The position numbers and the translations under genes are program-made. Source: Octopus sinensis (taxonomy: Eukaryota). Taken from it: a stretch of DNA of 64,000 nucleotides. The stretch covers positions 151,528,001 to 151,592,000 of the forward strand of contig NC_042999.1 of assembly GCF_006345805.1 (NCBI RefSeq). The letters run 5' to 3'. Positions 38,997-51,492 of this stretch are shown piece by piece; positions within the stretch are counted from its first letter, which is position 1; every line of letters begins with the position of its first letter. The notes beneath the pieces were generated by a model that was not told the DNA's origin, did no database searches, and worked only from the letters and a program-made list of their open reading frames with translations.

Positions 38997-39011
38997 ATAT
39001 TATATATATAT

Positions 39012-39062
<51 letters not shown>

Positions 39063-39080
39063 TATATAATATATATATAC
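38490..39080. repeat. Trinucleotide (GGT/AGT/CAG) and (TA)n arrays
   Basis: Directly visible. Confidence 0.95.
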
Positions 39081-39354
39081 TTAATAATCAATTATCAGCA
39101 ATGATAGTCACATCAATAATGACATTGGTGCCATCAACAGCAGCAGTGGCAACAGCAATAGGGACAGCAGTAACAATTGCAGCAGCAGTAACAGGAATAA
39201 TGATCCTAAAACAGCACACCAGTGACATTAGATCCTACCTGTAAAGCAGAGCAAAGCGCCTGCAATGGCAGTTTTTTTTTTTTTTTTTTCATTATCCTGT
39301 TGCCTAAAATAAATCCAAGGATATATGGTTTACTGCTTTACAGATAATTTAGTT

Positions 39355-39560
39355 TCATATTTTGGCACAAGGCCAGCAATTTCGATAGGGAGATAAATTG
39401 ATTATGTTGACCTCAGTGCTCAACTGGTACTTATTTTGTTAACCCTGTAAGGATGAAAGGCAAAGTCAAATTTGGCAGGATTTGAGCTCAGAATGTAAAG
39501 ATGTATAAAATGCCACTAAGCATTTTGCCTGGCATGGTAACAATTCTTCCAGCTCACCAC
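39355..39560 (-). mobile_element. SINE B
   Basis: Reverse-complement core match. Confidence 0.75.
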
Positions 39561-39649
39561 CTTTTCCAATCAATGCTTCTCTTGACGCATTGATTGAAAC
39601 CAATAGAAACTGGAAAATGAATTCGTTCAGGAATGTCATTTCAGAATTT

Positions 39650-42110
39650 TTCCAACCAAAATTGTATAGCTTCTATTTTGTACTCAATGTTTTGGACTTT
39701 TTAAACCATCTTCCAAGCAAAACCAGCAAGGACTTTCTTTTGGTCTCCTTCAATGTAATAAACCTCTACATTTCCATTCTTTGCAAATACAAAATATAGA
39801 AGCTATACAATAAATCTGGGTGGAAAAATTCCCAAATGACATTCTTGACTGAATTGGGAAAGGATTTATCAGTGAGGGACTAAAATTCATCTTACAAAAT
39901 AACTTTTTTAATTTCAATGAAAACATCTATGGATAAAAGTCTGGAACTATGATGGGAACAAAGGTAGCCCCCCACTTTTGCTAATTTTGTCATGGCACAC
40001 TTAGAAGTCCAAATATACACACCAGACTGAAATGTCAAAAATACTCCGAAAAATACTTACACACCAACTGGAAATGTAACCTTGATCAACTCTTGAATTT
40101 TAAAAACTTAATTAATAACATTAACCACAGTATCTAGTTTACAATAGAATACAGTCACATACAGCTACCCTCTCTGGACATTTTAATCATAAATAGTGAT
40201 ACTAACATTGATACTGACATCTACTTTACACCAATAATAACTTATATTCTCTTCCTGCCATCCAAAGCATACAAAAATCAAAATACCTTCTAAATTGGCA
40301 TGATTGTATCCAATCCTGAAACCCAGGATAAATGACTCCAAGAACCTTAAAATATTTTAAAGAAAATACATGGTTAGCTTAATCAAAAACAGAATAGAAT
40401 GTGTAAAAATGATAGAATTCAAGAATTAGGATAAACAAGAAAACCCTCAGACACACTTAAAACTTTGTCTTACACATCAACACACAATCACGGAAGCATA
40501 CAACATCATCCATCAGAATATACCTCTCCTGTTGAATGACCTGTGAATGAAAAAAGCACTCAAAGTACCTAAAATTATTAAAGGTAAAAGACAATCCAAT
40601 CCCCCAAAAGGTTACTTATCAGCCCCAAATTACCCACCAAAAATACAACCTCACTAGTCAAAAAATGCAACTGCCCTAACTGCAGGACCTGCATCAACTT
40701 TATGGAAGGTTCAACATATGAATTCAAGTTAGGTCAAATATTCACCATAAAAAAATCATTTCACCTGTGCATTGAAGAACTTAATTTATGTTCTCAAGTG
40801 TGGTGACTACTACATAGGTCGAACAGGCTTGACCTTGAGGGACAGACTGATGGTACACAGACAACAGATTCAGAGCCCCACGACCAGGGAAATTCCTGTA
40901 TGTAAACACTTGGATCAATGCTCTACAAGCAGAAATCTAAAATACCAGATTTTCCCTCTCTGTTAAAGTACCAGAAACACTTCAACCCAATTCCAATTAA
41001 ATAAAGAAAGTGTGCTTAATAAAAATACAAATCACAAATAAATATTCTCTAATAATACACTAGAAAGAGAAAACCCAAATTATTCATGAAAAACGACCAG
41101 AGACAACAGATACAAATCAAAAAGTTTAAGTAACAGGCTTCCTCAGGGAATCAAAACCCTAACTCCAAATTACTGCGCAATAACACCATACACCTTTTCA
41201 AACACTAGTTGCTGATGTCACCTCAGACTAAACCAATGAGATTTTTCTCTGGTCAAAACCGGACTCTAAGTTAAAAACAAATAAGCTTCAAGCCAACCAA
41301 GCCAGTGGTTTCTTAAGGGAACCAACCAATCGGAACACTAGATGTACATAAGGCAAAATCAGGTTACCAAGTCCTCACCAGGAAGTCAACCAAGCAGAAC
41401 ATCGAACTTTGCCAAGTTAAAAATATTTTGATGAAAACTAAAATATTTGACCATAACAAATGATGTCACTAAACACAATCAGAACTTGATCCTTTACAGT
41501 GGTCAGCAAGGAATGAAAACATTTGACAGACAAATGACATCACCAGGAAGTTAACTTACCAGAACACTGGACTTTGCCAAACAAAAATATGTTGATCAAC
41601 ATACCCACTAGAAAAACAGAAGCTGTCATCAAATTTACAACCAATCAAAACTTGATCTTTTGCCATAAAAACATATATGCTAAATGAATTTTTACTTATA
41701 ACATTTCGATCTCTAACAAGCAACCAATATGAAAAACCTCATGTATTACAGCTGAAATTGAGAAAGAACTCCTTCATGCATTACGACAGAAATTATAAAA
41801 AAAAAAAACGTTTTTCTTTCTCTCCATCTTTTTCTCTTTTTTTGTTATTATAAAAATTCAATATAACTGAACGTTCAGTCATGTATATTTGTTATGATCT
41901 TCAGTGAACATTTAAACATTTGATCATTTAGACATGTTTTCCCAAATTTTTCCTTGTAACTTTAAACTATCCCAAACCCTCCATTTATAAGTTTTATCAC
42001 TGATAAGCAAAATATTGTTGAAACCGGTTTGGTATTTGAATAAATTTATTACAAAATTTTAAAATGACTACACATTTTGAGACTCAGGTGCATTTTCAAG
42101 CCTTAAAACA
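39650..42110 (+). mobile_element. Decayed Penelope-like element (Neptune-like): RT, Cys-rich linker, GIY-YIG, long 3' UTR
   Basis: DFLNHLP..LVSFNVINLY, FILQNNFF, GTMMGTKVAPTFAN, CNCPNCRTC, LIYVLKCGDYYIGRTGLTLRDRLMVH; many stops and frameshifts. Confidence 0.85.
41996..42033 (+). ncRNA. Degenerate hammerhead motif at the PLE 3' end
   Basis: atca-CTGATAA-gcaa-aata-ttgt-t-GAAAC-CG-GTT-tggt; palindromic AAACCGGTTT; G8 is mutated. Confidence 0.45.
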
Positions 42111-42149
42111 AATTCTTCTATATATGTATATATGTACACACACACACAC

Positions 42150-43075
42150 ACAGAGGATGTTCAGGCTAAATTTGGCATATCGCATTAAAGGAAAAGAAAG
42201 TACAATATCCCATTGAAAAATAAAAGCATTTTAAAAGATCAAAAAATATCAACTAGGTTATGGCTGAGAGATGTAAAAGTTTACTCAAAGTAGCCATCAT
42301 CAACTTCTATCAAAGCTTCAAGACAGCTCTGGAACCAGGTGCATGCATTCCTCACTCAGTCCTGGGGAAGATTTTCAAGTAGTTCCTTAATTTTGGCCAA
42401 CAGCTTGGCCTTGGTGTTGCACACAGAGCTGTTAGTGTCTCTTACAGCAATCATGATGTTGACGTTTTGATACCCAACACAAATCATCATTTGGATGGTT
42501 TCCAAGGCAGTGAGCTGGCAGAAATGTTAGCAGACTGGGTGAAATGCTTAGCGGTATTTTGTCTGTCTTTACGTTCTGAGTTCAAATTCCGCTTTGCCTT
42601 TCATCATTTTGGTGTCGATAAATTAAGTACCCATTGTGCACTGGGGTCAATTTAATCACTGGCCCCCTCCCCCAAAATTTCGGGCCTTGTGCCTAGAGTA
42701 GAAAAGAATATTTTTTAAGGTGGTGAGCTGGCAGAAACGTTAGCATGCCAGGTGAAATATTTAGTGGTATTTCATCTGACTATGTTCTGAGTTCAAATTC
42801 CACCGAGATCAGCTTTGCCTTTCATCTTTTCAGGGTTGATAAATTAAGTACCAGCTGCATACTGGGGTCGATCTAATCGACTGGTCCCCTCCCCCAAAAT
42901 TTCATGTTTTGTGCTTAGAGTAGAAAAGGATATTTAGATGGTTTCCAGTCCTCTTTGCCAACTAACTTCTTTTCAACTACAATTTTAATCATTATCATCT
43001 CCAATGCTGTTGACTTTCACCAATGCATCAAGCTGTTCCGAAAAAGAGGAGACATTAAAACATTCTGTGTCCAAA
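42150..43075 (-). pseudogene. Tc1/mariner-superfamily relic (transposase C-terminus) interrupted by a SINE B dimer
   Basis: Minus translation CNTKAKLLAKIKELLENLPQD.VRNACTWFQSCLEALIEVDDGYFE*. Confidence 0.65.
42505..42936 (+). mobile_element. Head-to-tail SINE B dimer within one 11-bp TSD
   Basis: gatggtttcca at 42494-42504 and 42937-42947. Confidence 0.85.
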
Positions 43076-43078
43076 TAT

Positions 43079-43111
<33 letters not shown>

Positions 43112-43144
43112 TGTGTATGTGCAGCATGGAAGGCAGACATTAAA

Positions 43145-44010
43145 TGATGATGATGATGATATATGTGCATATATACATACATGAATCATCATTTAATGTT
43201 CATTGTCCATGCTGGCATTGGTTGGACAATGTTACCAGAACTGGTACGGTGGTGGGGAGCTACACCAGACTCCAGTCTGATTTGGCATAGTTTCTACAGC
43301 TGGATGCCCTTCCTAACACCAGCCACTTTACAGAGTATATTGGGTGCTTTTTCATGGCACTGCATAAACACTTTTACATAACACCACACGAGCACTTTTA
43401 CTCCACCAGAAAGATTGGTCTTAACACTTCTGCTGTGGAGTACAGGTCTTCTTGAGTACAGCAAGGTGCCTGGTATCTCAGTCCGTGGACATCTCACCTG
43501 AAAGGTTCAGTGTCCTGAGGTCTGTTCTTCAGTACTTCATCTCATGTCTTCCTGGGTCTCCCATTTCCACTGGTTCTATCAACTTTGAGAGATTAGCATT
43601 TCTTTATGGAGCTGTTGGCATCCATCTGCATCACATGACCAAACCAGCACAGTCTTCTCTCTTGTACACAGCAACCAATTGCTCTTATGCCTAACTTATC
43701 TTTCAGAACACTGGCACTCTGTTGAACATGTACACTTACATTACACATCCAGCAGAGCATACTAGCCTCATTCCTTTCTGACCTTTGCGTGTCCTCTGCA
43801 TTCAGGGCCCACGTCTCATTACCATGTAGAATTGATGTCTGTATACATGCATCATACAATCATCCTTTCACTCAGAGAGAGAAACCTTTCATGGCCAACA
43901 CAAGTAACAACACTCAGAATTTCCTCCATACTATTCTTATTCTAGCTATCATACTCTTCATGCATCCTCTGCCACTACCAATTTGGTCCCTCAGGTAACA
44001 GACTCAGGTG
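43145..44010 (-). mobile_element. RTE LINE 3' end: ORF2 C-terminus contiguous with the (GAT)n-tailed 3' UTR
   Basis: YDACIQTSILHGNETWAL, RRLCWFGHVMQM, GRPRKT; runs directly into the tail found in about 18 truncated copies. Confidence 0.85.
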
Positions 44011-44381
44011 CCTGGTGCAGCCTCCACTGCCTCTAATGAGCCACCAGAGCTTTTGAGAGAATTAATTTCCTGAGTCTCTAAAGTTTTTATGGATTGTGTG
44101 CATCTTCTACTTATGAAAACTATCTTCTCTGATAACCATCCAATTCACCCACTGCACCTCTTGTATGTCCATAGGTTACACTGGGTACACTGTAGGGAGT
44201 TCCTGCCAACCCCTTTCCTACAAAATGAACAGGTCCACCTGCCTGAGCAGGATAGGTACCTATCAGTTTTCTTGCTTATTAGGACCTTAGTCATTGTTAA
44301 GTTAACCCTAAGACCCTTTTCCACACCTGGAATTTTTTATCTATCCCTATATGGAATCTGCTATGAGGACAAAATCATCAG

Positions 44382-44457
<76 letters not shown>

Positions 44458-44458
<1 letters not shown>

Positions 44459-44685
44459 GGTTATGAGAGGTAATGGTGTCAATAAAACCTAAAGGTGTCA
44501 GGTAATGCCGAGTAAGTGCTATGGACAGACCATAGATAAGCTCCAGGTTCGGTGATTATGTGAATAAGGAGTCCAACGTAGGTCATATATCAACATGTGT
44601 ATATATCAAAAAAAATTTTTTTTCGGAATGAGATAAAAAGCCAAGGCAGTGAAGATTTTAGAACATTTATAAATAGAAGGTCTTA
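44458..44685 (-). mobile_element. PLE-derived unit truncated at the hammerhead cleavage site
   Basis: Collinear with 48512-48735; homology stops at gaaggtctta. Confidence 0.75.
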
Positions 44686-44824
44686 AAATTGAACCTAAAA
44701 CCATGCTATTGGGAAGCAAACTTTATAACCACACACCCTTATATGCGCTTATATGTAACATACAGAAAAGGAGAGGTGGCACCTTGAGCATTAACAACTA
44801 ATAACACAAAGTAGTAATGACATA

Positions 44825-45145
44825 CATACATACATGATAGCATTCCACTCGTGACTGAAGAAGACCATTGCTGACCTTCAGGAACATTGCGTGCTCTAGG
44901 ACTAACATATTTTGCATTTGTGGCTCCGTTGGTGGCTAATGAGCCCTGCACTTGACAAGCATATACAACTGCAAGCATTGCAAACCAAGCTTTCCCCATT
45001 CACTACACCAACAGTACACGTTCAAGTAGCATGCTTAAGTTCTTCATAAAGAATACGTACTCTCTCAAAAGTGTCAACCCCACTCCTTAACCTGCTTCCT
45101 TCATCTGTGGTGATGACATGCATTGCTCTCCCAGCCAGTCTCCTG
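44825..45145 (-). pseudogene. Second RTE family: ORF2 C-terminus with (GTAT)n tail
   Basis: LVCNACSCICLSSAGLISHQRSH Zn-finger-like motif; 3' end abuts a (catac)-type repeat. Confidence 0.7.
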
Positions 45146-45323
45146 CATATCACATATATACACACACATACATACATACATGCATATATACATACATGCA
45201 TAGGAAGGGCATCCACCTGTAGAAATTCTGCCAGACCAGATTGGAGCCTGGTGCAGCCATCTGGTTTGGCAGTCTTCAGTCAAATCATCCAACCCATGCT
45301 AGCATGGAAAGCGGATGTAAAAC

Positions 45324-45356
<33 letters not shown>

Positions 45357-45366
45357 ATATATATTG

Positions 45367-45660
45367 ATTGTTAAAAAGAACAACAAACATTAAGGCAAGG
45401 CAACCATCTTAAGTCATATACAATATCATTATTGGAAAAAATTTTTTCCTATAATAATATTGTATATTACTTGAGATGTTTGCCTTGCCTTAATGTTTTC
45501 TGTCCTGTTTAACAATTATATATCTGCAGCATCAGAAATTTGCAATGGCTCCATAACTACTGTCTCAGCTATAACATTGGAGCCCTAGTAATCCCTTACA
45601 GCACTTACTTAGTATACCTAATCGTTTAGATCACTTGTGAACTAAACCCTCATACTTTGT
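45367..45660 (-). mobile_element. PLE-derived element with inverted terminal duplication
   Basis: Hairpin at 45367-45516; the remainder is collinear with 61850-61970. Confidence 0.7.
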
Positions 45661-45669
45661 ATATATGTG

Positions 45670-46060
45670 TGTGTGTGGTAAGTAGCTTGCTTACCAGCCG
45701 CATGGTTATGGGTTCAGTCCCACTGTGTGGCACCTTAGGCAAGTGTCTTCTACTATAGCCTTGGGCCGACCAAAGCCTTATGGATGGATTTGGTAGACGG
45801 AAACTGAAAGAAGCTCGTCGTATATATGTATATATATGTATATGTGTGTGTGTGTTTGTGTGTCTGTGTTTGTCCCCCCAACATCACTTGACAACCGATG
45901 CCGGTGTGTTTACGTCCCCGTAACTTAGCGGTTCGGCAAAAGCATCTGACAGAATAAGTACTAGGCTTACAAAGAATAAGTCCTGGGGTCGATTTGTTCG
46001 ACTAAAGGTGGTGCTCCAGCATGGTCGCAGTCAAGTGACTGAAACAAGTAAAAGAGTATA
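45670..46060 (+). mobile_element. SINE A
   Basis: Family consensus match. Confidence 0.85.
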
Positions 46061-46116
46061 TATATATGTGCCCCAGCATGGCCACAGCTCAAGAGCTGAA
46101 ACTGGAAAACATAAGC

Positions 46117-46172
<56 letters not shown>

Positions 46173-46738
46173 GTATACATACATATGTGTGTGTGTGTGT
46201 GTGTGCAAAATGCCTCCTTAATGTTTCCTTCCACCAAAGCCACTCACAAAGCTTTGGTTGGCCTGGAACCATGGTAGAAAACACTTGGCTACGTTGGCCA
46301 TGCAGTAAAATTGAATATGAAACCATGCTGTTGGGGAAGCAAACTTCAAAACCACACAACCATACCCATACTTAAATGTAACCTACAAAAAAGGAGAGGT
46401 GGCACCTCGAGCATTAACAACCAATAACATAAAGTAGTAATGACATTGTTACTAGTATTTACTAATTCCATTATATGCTAACTTGCTCTTCCATAATAAC
46501 AGCTTCCAGAAAGAGTTCACAAGAGCATTTATTTCGTAAATGTACTTCCATAGTATTTATAGTCCAACTACATGTTTATTGATTACAGTTGTCTGAACAT
46601 TGCAAATGGATCAACGACCTACTTTGTATGCTAACCTACACATGACTTGATCAAACATCCCTCTGCAATACTAGAATCTTTGTCTTATTTATTATCTCAT
46701 GCGTTTCTGTCTTTCTTTCTCTTCCTCTATTTTTCTCA

Positions 46739-46739
<1 letters not shown>

Positions 46740-46770
<31 letters not shown>

Positions 46771-47270
46771 GTCTGCCTCTTTCTGTATACAAATACATAC
46801 ATACATACATATATACATACATACACATGCATATATGCATACATGCATACATACATACACACATACATGCCTACATACATACACACATACATACATGCAT
46901 GCTGATATACATACACATACATACATACACACATACACAATACATTCATGCATACATGCATACATATATACACACATACACAATACATACATGCATACAT
47001 GCATACATACACAATACATACATGCATACATGCATACACACATGCATACTTACATACACACATATATACATACATGCATACATACACATACATACATACA
47101 CACACATACACACATGCATACATGCATACACACACACATACATGCATACAGGCATACATACACACATACATACATACACACATACATACATACACACATA
47201 CATACATACATACATACATACATACATGCATGCACACACACATACACACACACACACACTCCATATAATA
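46740..47270. repeat. Compound CATA/CA/CATG microsatellite
   Basis: Directly visible. Confidence 0.95.
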
Positions 47271-48471
47271 AAAAGGGAGGAAAAGACAACAGAAAGAGAA
47301 GAAAAGAAAAAAAGAAAGAAAGAAGGATGAGAATATAGAAACAAATATAAATACACAAATATAGAAAGAAAAGCGAAAGAATATCAAAATATTGAAAATG
47401 GAATAAAAATGAAGGGATTTTCATTTTGCTTTACAGTTTCATCATTGCCAATCTCTCTCACTCCTTGTCTTTCATCTCTCTCTCTGTTTCTTTCATTCTC
47501 TTTCTTGCCACCCACTCTTATCTGTCTCTTATAGAAAGTCAATTTATATTTTCAAATACAAATACTACACACAAATGTCATATTCCAATCTGTTGGACAG
47601 ATATTGTCTTATTTATACCATCTCCTTTCTTTGTTTCTTTTCTTTCCCTTGTTCTTGACTTCCATTCTATTTTAGTTGTCTTTCTTCTTTTTCTTTTTAC
47701 TTTTCTAGATTTCTCTAACGTCTGCAGCAAGTTGTCACCTTCAATTTGTCCTTTTTGAGAACTGGTAAAGAGATCATGTTACATTTGCACGACAAATGAC
47801 TCAGACATTGATAATCATCCACACATTTCCTACTCAGTTTTCTACTCATGAATATCTATGAATCTCTACATGTCACTAGCTATAAATTCTCCAAGATAGA
47901 GCTTCACTTCTACAGACAATCATTATTAATGGTATTAGTTTATAGATGGCTTAAGAGTGGTGGTTTTTATAGAACCAGTAATGCAACAAAGTGTCTGAGG
48001 TCAGCCTTGATATAGCAGACTCATGACCAAAGTTTACTAGCTATGATCATCCCACGTATATTTATTAATTAATTATTTTATTATTCTAGTTTATTTTTAA
48101 CCTGATGAGTGGCTATATTTATATCGAAGTGATTTTACTACTATTATTGATTTTTTTAACTATAATTGGAGCCTGGTGCAGCCCCTGGCTTCCCAGACCC
48201 CGGTCGAACCATCCAACATGTGCTAGCACGGAAAACGGAAGTTAAACGATGATGATGATGATGATGATGATGATGATAATCATTTCTTAAATATAGCCAC
48301 GAAATGTGTTGTTATTCTACCAAATATATACGTTTTTATTATTATTTTGCAATTTACTTAATCATTGGTATATTATTGTTATTTTATTTTTAATATTTCT
48401 ATTATATGTAATTTTCTAGATGGTGTAATTTAATTGTTCATTTTGAATTGATAAAAGGTGTTTTTTTTCTA

Positions 48472-48511
<40 letters not shown>

Positions 48512-48514
<3 letters not shown>

Positions 48515-48800
48515 TTATAAGAGTAATGGTGTCATTGAGACCCAAAGGCATCAGGTAATGCTGAATAAGTGCTAATAGACAGATCATAGTTAAGTTCCAG
48601 GTTTGGTGATTTTGCAAATAAGAGGTTCAATGTTGGTCATATGTCAGCGTGTGTATATAAGAATTTTTTTTGCATAATGAGATAAAAAAACCAAGGCTGT
48701 GCAGATATTAGAACATTTATAGATAGAAGGTCTTACAGCTGTTTCCAGGATATTAATTAATTATATCCCTTCATCGGAGACGGTGTGAGAGGATGGTTAA
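48512..48800 (-). mobile_element. PLE-derived unit with intact hammerhead fold
   Basis: Inserted at (TA)n; homologous to 44458-44685. Confidence 0.7.
48730..48781 (-). ncRNA. Minimal hammerhead ribozyme motif (CCGATGA variant)
   Basis: GTCT-CCGATGA-A-GGGATAT-aattaatta-ATATCCT-G-GAAAC-AGCT-GTA-AGAC; palindromic ACAGCTGT stem III. Confidence 0.65.
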
Positions 48801-48921
48801 GTAATAATTAATTTAGATGGGATACAAAATAGAGAGTGAGGTGGAGGAAAGAAAATAGATGTGAGATATGTAGGGACATTGAATTTGTAGATCCATTTTT
48901 CAGCAGAATGGTATATATATA

Positions 48922-49160
48922 AAGGCGGTGAGCTGGCAGAAATGTTAGCACGCCAGGCAAAATGTGTAGCTGTATTTCGTCCGCCGTTACATTCTGAGTT
49001 TAAATTCTGCTGAGGTCGACTTTGCCTTTCATCCTTTCGGGGTTGATAAATTAAGTACCAGTTATGCACTGGGGTCAATATAATCGACTTAATCCGTTTG
49101 TCTGTCCTTGTTTGTCCTCTCTGTGTTTAGCCCCTTGTGGGTAGTAAAGAAATAGGTATA
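48922..49160 (+). mobile_element. SINE B with alternative tail
   Basis: The tail gtttgtctgtccttgtttgtcctctctgtgtttagccccttgtggg is shared with about 11436-11495. Confidence 0.8.
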
Positions 49161-49309
49161 TATGTACCTAATGAGAAAAATCCAACAGCATTTTAAATTG
49201 TTCATTCCAAAATGAACAATTTTAAATGCTGTTGAGGTAGAGTGTGTGAAAAGTTTTATTGTTATACGTGGGTTGAACACACAGTGCTTCTAGAACTCAG
49301 TTTTGTTGA

Positions 49310-49500
49310 TGTGGGTGGGTTTTCTCAAGAATCTCATATCACCAGACATCTCAATCTATTGTCATTTCCTCTATGAGGTCCAACATCCTGAGATCGGTCC
49401 TCACCACTTCATCCTATGTCTTCATGGATTTCCCTCTTCTACAGATACCATCCACTTTCAGTGATTAGCACTTCTTCATCATGGCACTCTGTCAGTTACG
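49310..49500 (-). pseudogene. RTE ORF2 C-terminal fragment
   Basis: SLKVDGICRRGKSMKT.DEVVRTDLRML, homologous to 43500-43600. Confidence 0.65.
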
Positions 49501-49665
49501 ATGATGAGGATTCCAGTTGATCTGATCAACGGAACAGCCTGCTCATGAAATTAACATGTAAGTGGCTGAGCACTCCACAGACACGTGTACCCTTAATGTA
49601 GTTCTCTGGCAGATTCAATGTGATACAGAGTATGACAAGGCTGGCCCTTTGATATGTATGTATGT

Positions 49666-49752
<87 letters not shown>

Positions 49753-50057
49753 TATATATATATAATATATTACACATATATATATATATAAACCATTTCT
49801 CATTAAAATGTGTGTGTATGAGAGTGTGTTTGTGTGTGTGCATGTGTGCATGTATGAGAGTGTGTGTGTGTGTGTAAGGTACTCTGGGGAAATAGGGCCC
49901 GGCTAACTACATTGTTCAGTTAAAACAATGGCAATCTGTATATATTGTTATTCTTTTCTTATGAGTTGCAATTTGTAAACCTGAGGTAGAATACCAGTTA
50001 TATACAGTGTTCATATATGTATGTACGAATGGGTATGTGTGTGTGTGCATGCATATA

Positions 50058-50983
50058 CAGTGATTCCTCACCATATCAAAGTTCACCTATCGCAGTTTAT
50101 TATTTAAGCTTACGTCAATTCCTCCGTAGTGTTGTTTTGCATTTATAATAAGACAAGACAAGTGAGACCATAACCCATGGCCTTTACCAGTGGTGTAGCC
50201 AGCCCACTTATGCATACCTTTCCTGCTTTGGACACAAAACTCTGCTTAGGAAGACCTGTTGAGGCAAGTGAAATCATAATCGAAATTGAAATCAAAATTG
50301 AACCAAATTTGACGACTGGCACCCATGCCAACTTTCCTTTGCTTGCGAAGACCTGTTGGGGCAAGTGAAATCGAAATCGAAATTGAACCAAATTCAATGA
50401 CTAGCACCTGTGCCAGTGGAGAGCTAACAGTTCCATCTGAGCGGGATCACTGCCAGAGCAACTGTCTGGCTTCTGTGCCGGTGGCACATAAAAAGCACCA
50501 TATGAGCGTGATTGTTACCAGCGTCACCTACTGGCACTTGTGCCAGTGGCACATGAACAAAACATTTGAGCAAAGTTGTTGCCAGTGCCACTGGACTGAC
50601 TACTGTGCAGGTGGCACATAAAACACACTATTTGAGTGTGGCCATTACCAGTACCGCCAGACTGGCCATTGTGCCAGTGGCACATAAAAACACCCACTAC
50701 ACTTACAGAGTGGTTGGCGTTAGGAAGGGCATCCAGCTGTAGAAACTCTGCCAGATCAGAATGGGCCTGGTGCAGCCATCTGGTTTGCCAGTCCTCAGTC
50801 AAATCGTCCAACCCATGGTAGCATGGAAAGCAGACGTTAAGTGATGATGATGATAATAGAATAAATATATACAAATTATTAAAATAATGGAAAAAAGTAT
50901 ACAGTACTGTATTGTTTCTACTTTGGATTTTCACCTATCGCAGGGGTTTTTGGAATGTAACACCTGTGATAGTCGAGGGATTA

Positions 50984-50986
<3 letters not shown>
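50058..50986. mobile_element. Tigger/pogo-like MITE interrupted by an RTE 3' UTR
   Basis: TA-cagtgattcctcaccatatc and gatagtcgagggattactg termini. Confidence 0.65.
50150..50855 (+). mobile_element. Longest RTE 3' UTR copy, with multiple modules
   Basis: Two gaagacctgtt..gcaagtgaaatc units, several gtggcac modules, canonical tail. Confidence 0.85.
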
Positions 50987-51032
<46 letters not shown>

Positions 51033-51035
<3 letters not shown>

Positions 51036-51492
51036 CGAGAAGCTTTATGAAAATAAACAAAAGACGAAGGCAGGTGGAGTACAAACAAACAATTGTATTA
51101 GTATGGCGCTCAGGAATATAAATAAAACAATCTTTTACGTTTCGAGCCTACGCTCTTCAACAGAAAGATACACAGAAAAGAAACACGGAGAGAAACAAGG
51201 AGAGAAAAAAAATGCGTGCAGAAGCTAGCGATTCAACATGGCGAACTTATATATATATTATATATATATATATATATATAACGGAAGCTTTATGAAAATA
51301 AACAAAAGACGAAGGCAGGTGGAGTACAAACAAACAATTGTATTAGTATGGCGCTCAGGAATATAAATAAAACAATCTTTTACGTTTCGAGCCTACGCTC
51401 TTCAACAGAAAGATACACAGAAAAGAAACACGGAGAGAAACAAGGAGAGAAAAAAAATGCGTGCAGAAGCTAGCGATTCAACATGGCGAACT
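51033..51492 (-). mobile_element. Tandem pair of near-identical ~215-bp hammerhead-bearing units separated by (TA)n
   Basis: Period 245 bp; HHR-like motifs at 51130-51169 and 51375-51414. Confidence 0.85.

Noticed and set aside
47709-47765. Exon-like segment
   Set aside because: Plausible AG/GT-bounded ORFs exist on both strands, which shows how easily these arise by chance in AT-rich DNA.
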